NCBI RefSeq assembly: GCF_009914755.1 | Contig: NC_060931.1 | Direction: 5' to 3' (one strand) | Length of the DNA: 64,000 nucleotides | Source of the DNA: the human T2T-CHM13v2.0 reference genome, Homo sapiens | Part shown: one piece after another, positions 57,373 to 64,000 of the stretch | Layout of the letters: the number at the start of each line of letters is the position of its first letter | Numbering within the stretch: the first letter of the stretch is position 1 | The notes under the pieces: model-generated | Database searches by the model: none | Told to the model about the DNA's origin: nothing | Seen by the model: only the letters and a program-made list of their open reading frames with translations | Position numbers and translations under genes: made by a program

Positions 57373-57498
57373 AGGCCAGGCATGGATCACTGAGGCAGAA
57401 GGATCACTTGAGCCTGGGAGGTTGAGGCTGCAGTGAGCCATGATTGTATCACTGCACTCCAGCTTGGGTGACAGAGTGAGACCTTTTCTCAAAAAAAT
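57373..57498 (+). mobile_element. Alu monomer fragment (FRAM/AluJ-like)
   Basis: gatcacttgagcctgggaggttgaggctgcagtgagccatgat...gacagagtgagacc. Confidence 0.75.
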
Positions 57499-60081
57499 TT
57501 TTTGCCTTTCTATCCTTAGCATGTACATTTAAAAATAACTTAATATTTGGGGCAAGTTTTTGTGTTATCTTAGTTTTTGCTCAGTGTAACTAACCTTTCT
57601 GTATCTCTCATAATGAACGTGTTCTCTTTCTTGAGCATCAGTTAAAAAGCCAGTGCCCTCTGTCTTCTGAGGTGGGGCGGGCATTTGTATAAGCTGAGGC
57701 AAGGAGAAGGCGGAAGCGTGTCATCCCTATGACCTTGCTTCTTCCTAGCCCTTTTCCCACACACAGCACTGCTCCTCTGTGCAAGGGGGTGGCGATGCTG
57801 CTCCTCTTCCTGCTGCTATCTCTTCCTTAGCTAATTGCTCACTTCCCCTCAGCTTGGAACCATCCACTCCTAAGCCAGGCTTGCACCTCCCACTGCCTTT
57901 GCTTAGGAAAGCATAATAATAACAAAACGACAATGACAGCAACAGTCCTTGAAAAGGCATCTCCATTGTCATATTCATTTGTAGTTGTCCCTTCTCACTT
58001 TGAAGAAATGGCAGCTATGAAGAAAGGTCACCTTTCCATGCCTGTTTTTTAAATCTTTTCCATCCTATTTCAAGGCATTACTTTGCTATCAAAGTATCCT
58101 TTGCTGAACTTAATATTTTCAATACTGATGAAGCTTTCAAGGAAGAGTGGGCTGAATAAACTTGGAAACTCTCCTGGTGTGAACGAGCAATCTGCAGCAT
58201 AACATTTTCAAAAATTAAATGCACTTGAAATGCACTCAAAAGCCTAACTGAGTAAAGTTGGTAAGAGCTGCAGCAAAGAGCATCTTTACGGAAGTCACAT
58301 GATCCACAAATTGCAGGAATACATTTTTGCAGCATTTGGTACACACTTCAACAGCTCGGGTTGATTAAAAGAAAATTTAATTTGCAATAATCAGCTGGTG
58401 ACAAGGGGAGCATGAAATTATGTTGGTGCATTGGTTTTGCACTTTGTGGTATATTTCCTTGTAAATCAGGTATCTTTTTAATTTATCTTTAGGTTATAGA
58501 ACATACAGCACAGCAAACTTTTTATTAAAAATTACTCTGCGGGGAGAGAGACAGTTAAATGTTAACCAAGCAAGCACTGTCTTCCTCCTGGCATCTAGCC
58601 CAAGGATAAGGCATAATTTAAGATGCTTTACTTCTTTGGGTCAAGTGACATGCCATGAATTTCTGAAGACAAATGGCACCTCTTAGCAAAACCTCTATAA
58701 GATACAAGATATATAGCAGTCTCTACTGGTGAGGGCTAACAATTCTTTTGACTTGCCCTTTTAAATGACCGCCCTTGCTCATGGTCTAGTTTCTAGGGGG
58801 ACTTAGAAAGAAAAGGATTTTTCGTCACATGAATAAGCCTTATCCTCTCTACTAGTCATTCACAGCCTGTCATTAGCCTGTGGTCCTCTTCTAGAATGCA
58901 ACTGGTATAACAGCACATATGGGAAGACTCCCTGTATTAGGGAGTGACATTTGCTAAGTTCTGGCCTAACATCTTCTAATTCTCTAGGGGAGAGGATTGT
59001 GGTTGAATGGGGTAGGGGACAAAGTAACATAAAGAAATAAGCACTGGCCCTAGAGAGAAGAGTCCCTCTCTGCATTGTCACAGACTCACTGTGGACTGCT
59101 GGGCAAGCTACCAAACCTCTGGGCGTCAGTTTCTTCATCTGTAACAAGATGAAGCTCATATAGCTAAGGTCCTTCCTACTTCTAGTATTGATGATTCTGT
59201 ATGAGGGCTATCAAGGGGTCAAGCAGAGAAGCCAGCGGGCCGCTGGGGCAGAAGGTGACAGATGAGCATTATTGGAGCTGCTGCCCCTGTGATTCACAGA
59301 ACAAAGGCTGGGTGGTTCTGAGGGGAGGTAATACAATCCCAATGTTATTGAATGCTCAGATTCTAAAAAAACTGTGATGCTTGTAACTGACATATTCCTT
59401 AAAAATATAAATAATTTTTTATAGGGTTGATATGGTAAAGAGAGATAAGTGGAATCATATTATAAATACAAAGGCTGACTTTGAAAAGTATGTCTTTGGT
59501 GGATTCCTTTATGAAGCTGAGAAAATGGTTGTAAAGGGAATGATTATTTCCAATTTATCTGTTACATAAATTTGGAACTATATGAACTGTGTTTTCTTGG
59601 AGCGAGGTACAGCTGTATTTTTTCTATATCAGGAGCAACAGCTTTATTGTTACCTTTTATCAGGCTGTACAATGAAAGCTAATTTTCCATCCTGGTTGCC
59701 TCATTATGGCATCAAAATGCTGTGGCTCTTGGTTTGCAAACACATTTTCAAATGGCATATTTTCCATGACTATCATGTTCTTCTTAGAACTAGAAACTAC
59801 CAGAAAGCAGAGAGCATACATACCTTAAATTAGCCCCAGGCTATTCTAGAAATTTTTAATGAATACATTTAAAATGCAGGCCTCAAAGACTGGATTTTTG
59901 TCCAGTGGGGTGAAAATCAGCACTTTCAAAATCATCATTACTTTTGGAATATCTAGGTTGTTTCCTTCCTCATATAATGTAGAAATGGATTTAAAATTTT
60001 GTTTCATGTGGCCTTACCATGTCTCACAAAAGCATCTTACCACCTAACCCTCGATTCCTGCAGCAGGCTCCAGGTACATAC

Positions 60082-60274
60082 CTCCACATAGCACCTTTCT
60101 TCTCACAGTGAGGTTGACCTGCCCATTGCGGGCTGCGTGGTGCATGAGGTCGATGACATAGCGGTGGGTTTTGCCGGCTACTGGAATCCCATCAACATAC
60201 ACAAGCTCATCTCCTGGGTGAAGGCGGCCATCTCTGTCGGCTGAGCCCATGGCAATGACAGCTCCAATCAAAAT
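60082..60274 (-). CDS. MAGI2: MAGI2 coding exon (193 nt, phase 0 to 1; probably exon 15), C-terminal half of a PDZ domain
   Basis: Acceptor ttctctag|ATT, donor GGAG|gtatgt. Translates [64 protein letters not shown], recognised as MAGI2 PDZ sequence. Confidence 0.96.
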
Positions 60275-60329
60275 CTAGAGAAGCAGTGAGAAGGAAAGGA
60301 CATTCACATTTCAATCCTTTTTCCTTTTT

Positions 60330-60427
60330 TTTTTTTTTCGAAACAGAGTCTCGCTTCGTTGCCCAAGCTGAAGTACAGTGGCCCAGTCTCAGCTCACTGC
60401 AAGCTCTGCCTCCCAGGTTCACGCCAT
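60330..60427 (-). mobile_element. Heavily 5'-truncated Alu (~100 bp of right arm)
   Basis: TSD CTTTTTCCTTTTT at 60317-60329 and 60428-60440. Confidence 0.85.
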
Positions 60428-60719
60428 CTTTTTCCTTTTTATATACAGTTATATAACTTGTGGAAGATTTGATTCTCACATTCCATCTCTTGCCCTCAAA
60501 TCTGAGCATGCACTTGTAAAGTAAAAAATGAGATGTTGGAAAGATGCCCTTTCAACTCTTTTAAGTTGTTTAGTGCTAGAGATAAATATTTTGAACATGC
60601 TGCAGACTGCCATGAAGTTTTGGGGACACCTGCTTTCTGGCTCATCATAAATGACGAATACCCTTAAGGAAAATTCTAATCCCAAATAATCTGATGCTAA
60701 TTGGCTGAAACAAGGTGAG

Positions 60720-60910
60720 GATTGAATTCTGGCTCCGTTTCACAATTTGTGTGGTCTTGGGTAAAGCTTCTTAAACTCTGTGAGCCTCAGTTTCTTCACT
60801 TGCAAAATAAGAAAAATAATAATCAGACCTACTTCATGGAGTTATTGGGAGAATTGGATGAAATAACTCATGTGAAGCATTTAACTTTTTTCACGGCACT
60901 TAACGAGGGA
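60720..60910 (+). mobile_element. MIR
   Basis: cttgggtaaag...ctctgtgagcctcagtttcttcacttgcaaaat. Confidence 0.75.
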
Positions 60911-62644
60911 TCAAAAAGACTCAAGGGGAAACTAGCTGTTGCACATTTTTAAATTCTGACAAAGATTGAAAGTTTTCTTTTTCTTTGCTTTGAAAAGCTG
61001 GAGGGTAAGGAGAAAACAAAACAAAACAAAGCAAACTCATAGTTGGCTTTTTCTGGCCAGTTGACTTACTCAAAAAAATCTCAAACCTTCTCCAGATTTT
61101 TGTTCTATTCTTTTGAATACTTCCTCAGAGCACTGTCCTCTACGCAAAGGACATTCCCAGTTCTGCCTGTTCCCTGAAGTGCTTCTGCTGTTTGGGTGGC
61201 TACTGTGCCAGGAAGTGAGAAGGTACCCGTCTAGGAAATGTGGTTATTTTTATAATTCCCTGAACCAGGGACTGTGATGAAAGGCAACACATAAGTTTTC
61301 CCATGTCCCATTAGAGGCACTCAGTTTAGTGTGCATTAGCAGGGCTTTTTTCTTTCTCAGAGGAAAGAAAATAGTATTACATATTTTAATTTTGCTGTTT
61401 AACCTATAAACAATTTTTCAAACTCATGACCAATAGGTCCCCCTTTTCTTTTGCCAGTGGCTTAGCCACACAGCAGCTGATGGCAGTGGTTACCATTAGC
61501 CTGATGATACTACAGAGGCTATGTTTCATTTTAAATCCCTTGCTTCCAGATTGATTTCCTTCAGGCATAATAATTTCTTTCAAATCCCCTATCTGTGAAT
61601 TCCAGCTAATTTGCAGAGTTGCTCCATCATGACCTTCGGGCTTGCATGTCTTCAGGCTTGGCAGCAGAACCATTCCTTTGTACTTAGTCTCACTGCTCAG
61701 TGTGGCCTGTTAACATGATAGCCAGATCTGAACACCCAGGACTTCTCAGGTATGTGCAAAGTTATAGTCTGAAGGGCATCATAGACTTAGTCCATGGAAT
61801 AGCTCTCTTTCTACATAGGAATGAAAATTTCCCACACTACTTCTGCTTTCCCCTTATTCCTGGGGAGTGAGGTAGGGTGAGAAATAGATTTGCTTCTGTG
61901 TGGAATATTAAGTGTTCTGACAAATGATTCATGATTGCTGTCACAGGACAGGCCTGACATCTCCTGCCTTAGACTGGCTGCACAGTGCAGTTCTTTCCCT
62001 GCAACTCACTGTAACCATTCACTACAGTCCAGAAGTTGGGTATGCTCTGATATTCTCCACTTTCCCTTCTTGTCATGCCAACCTGAATTTATGAGTTTCT
62101 TTATAAAGATGTTCCAATCTATTCTTCAAAAGGCTCAACCCACTATGGAGCACTTCAAAGATTTGGTAAGTGCTTTGTGCAAAAGCCAGTTAAAACAAAT
62201 GTTTCTCCACTGTCCCATGAAAAGGTGCGTTTAGTTGGTTTGGCCTTAAGAAAATGCTTCAACCTTTAGCTTTCCGATACACTTTAGTGAGAGACTTTAC
62301 AGCTAGTAATAGAGAAAGAAAATGGCTTGTGAACTTCTTGGCTGGTTAATAATCAATTTTAAGGTATAGCTCTGATTCTAACTGATGAAAGTAAAACACA
62401 AAATAGTGGTTACAACTGAGAGAGCCATAGCTGCTACTGGGCCCTATACAAAAATAGTAAAGATGAAATTTCACATCAGAAAATTCCTCTCTTGCTGTAG
62501 GAGAACAGCAAGATATACAGCAACATTTACAGATACTCTCAACATTACAGTGTGTGCCAGCAGTTTAATATCATGTATTGAAAAACAGAGCCCAGTAAAA
62601 GATCTGCTTTTCTACCATATTGCTGTGATATGAAGTACTCCCCT

Positions 62645-62895
62645 CATTAATTCATTTATTCAACAAATATTCATTGAGCCCAGGATACTTTTAGGTGCTG
62701 GAAATTCATCAGTGAACAATAAACAAAAATCACTACCCTATAGAGCTTCCATTCTAGTGGTCAGACAATCATAAATATAATAAATGTGTAAATTATATAG
62801 GATGCCAGAAAGGATGTACTATGGAAGAAATACGGTGGTGGAGATTGGTGTCAGTCATGTGGTCAAGGTAGTGCTAGAGTTGGTTAGAGTAGGCC
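62645..62895 (-). mobile_element. L2 3' fragment
   Basis: cattaattcatttattcaacaaatattcattgagc. Confidence 0.7.
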
Positions 62896-63543
62896 TCTTA
62901 TATATTTATTTCTAAATAGGCAGTATATTCAATTACCCCTTCAATTGAATATCTAATAAATAGCATATTCACTATAACACAAGTATAAATTATATAGTAT
63001 TACATAATTATTATATGTATATATTATTATATAGTTACATTATATAATGTGTCCTTAGCTGTGTTTCAAAAAAAGGTTGCCATACTGTTAAATAAAGTTG
63101 AATTGAGCTGAGCATGGTGTGCCGTGTGGTTGCTAGTGCTGCTTGCCCATTAGCGGTATTGTACAGTTACATTTGCTCCATCCATCAGGAGCTGCAGCCT
63201 TTGCTGGGCAGAGGCTGACCACTTGCACCGTCACTGCTTCCAGCTCTCCTGCCGCTGTGCTCCTTAGCCTTTGGCATTTGGCACCTTTGTGCATTATATT
63301 TCACTGCTGACACAGAGATAGCTCGATATATCTCTCTATTCTGAGAAAAAAACAACTTTTTTCATTTACTTCCAATATGATTTGTACCCTTGACACATTC
63401 TATTATTTCCCCTTTGCCACCGTAGGGACTGGATAATCTATGATTGTATCTTGCACTGTAACTCATATTGGTTTCCCAATGCATACATTCTCATGTTGCT
63501 TAAGCTTTTGCGAACATGCTTCAGGATATCTGACCCTTTAAGT

Positions 63544-63728
63544 CAGTAGTTCTCAAACTTTTGGATGCATAGGAATCACCGGGTGAGCTTATTAAAACAG
63601 TTCTGGACCCACCCCATGAGAGTCTGATGCTGCAGGCCTGGGAGGGGCCTGAGATTCTGCAGGTTTAACAAGCTCCCAGGAGTTGAATGCTGCTGGTCCT
63701 CAGATCAATCACCCTTTGATAGCAAGGC
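63544..63728. mobile_element. MER5A-like
   Basis: cagtagttctcaaactt...gaatcacc...ttaacaagctcccagg...tgctgctggtcc. Confidence 0.75.
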
Positions 63729-64000
63729 TCTGATTCTTCTCACTTCCCAATAGCCACAGGATCTGTGGTCTCACTGATCACGTCCCAAGTTGGCTGAGCA
63801 CAAGACCTGAGCTCCCTGACCCATCACAGTAGCTGCTTTGTAGTTCTGCTAAGACACCTATTCCCGTTACCACTGGTCCTGGGATCAGGATCCCTTACTT
63901 ACCAGGTCACACCCTTTTAGTCTTGCTGACCCCTGGCCCACTGGCCAGTGAACCTTCCAGCCAACTCTAGCCTTGCCCCGTTCATTACCTCCCTCTAGCC

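Overview
Human-like (primate) genomic DNA, not prokaryotic. The window lies entirely inside MAGI2 (S-SCAM/AIP1, a membrane-associated guanylate kinase scaffold), transcribed on the minus strand. Six consecutive GT-AG coding exons (193, 249, 186, 172, 220 and 144 nt; 1164 nt, 388 codons) splice in perfect phase. They encode the second half of one PDZ domain, a complete next PDZ split by a ~24.8-kb intron, a Pro/Gln-rich linker with QSP and DYRQPP repeats, and the first half of the last PDZ. From memory these are probably exons 15-20 of 22; the numbering is not derivable from the window. The rest is intronic and repeat-rich: about 17 Alu copies or fragments (including a young AluYa5 and an AluYd-type element), old L1 pieces, a full-length LTR8A-like solo LTR, MaLR LTR pieces, DNA-transposon fossils, L2/MIR and microsatellites. 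I see no wholly new multi-gene system. The most promising signals are candidate unannotated isoform-control elements of MAGI2: a putative alternative first/terminal exon at ~63.2 kb, an intronic polyadenylation read-through after the DYRQPP exon, an RBFOX-flanked poison/micro-exon, UG-repeat-associated (TDP-43-type) cryptic exons, and inverted Alus bracketing exons. All are sequence-based hypotheses that need RNA evidence.
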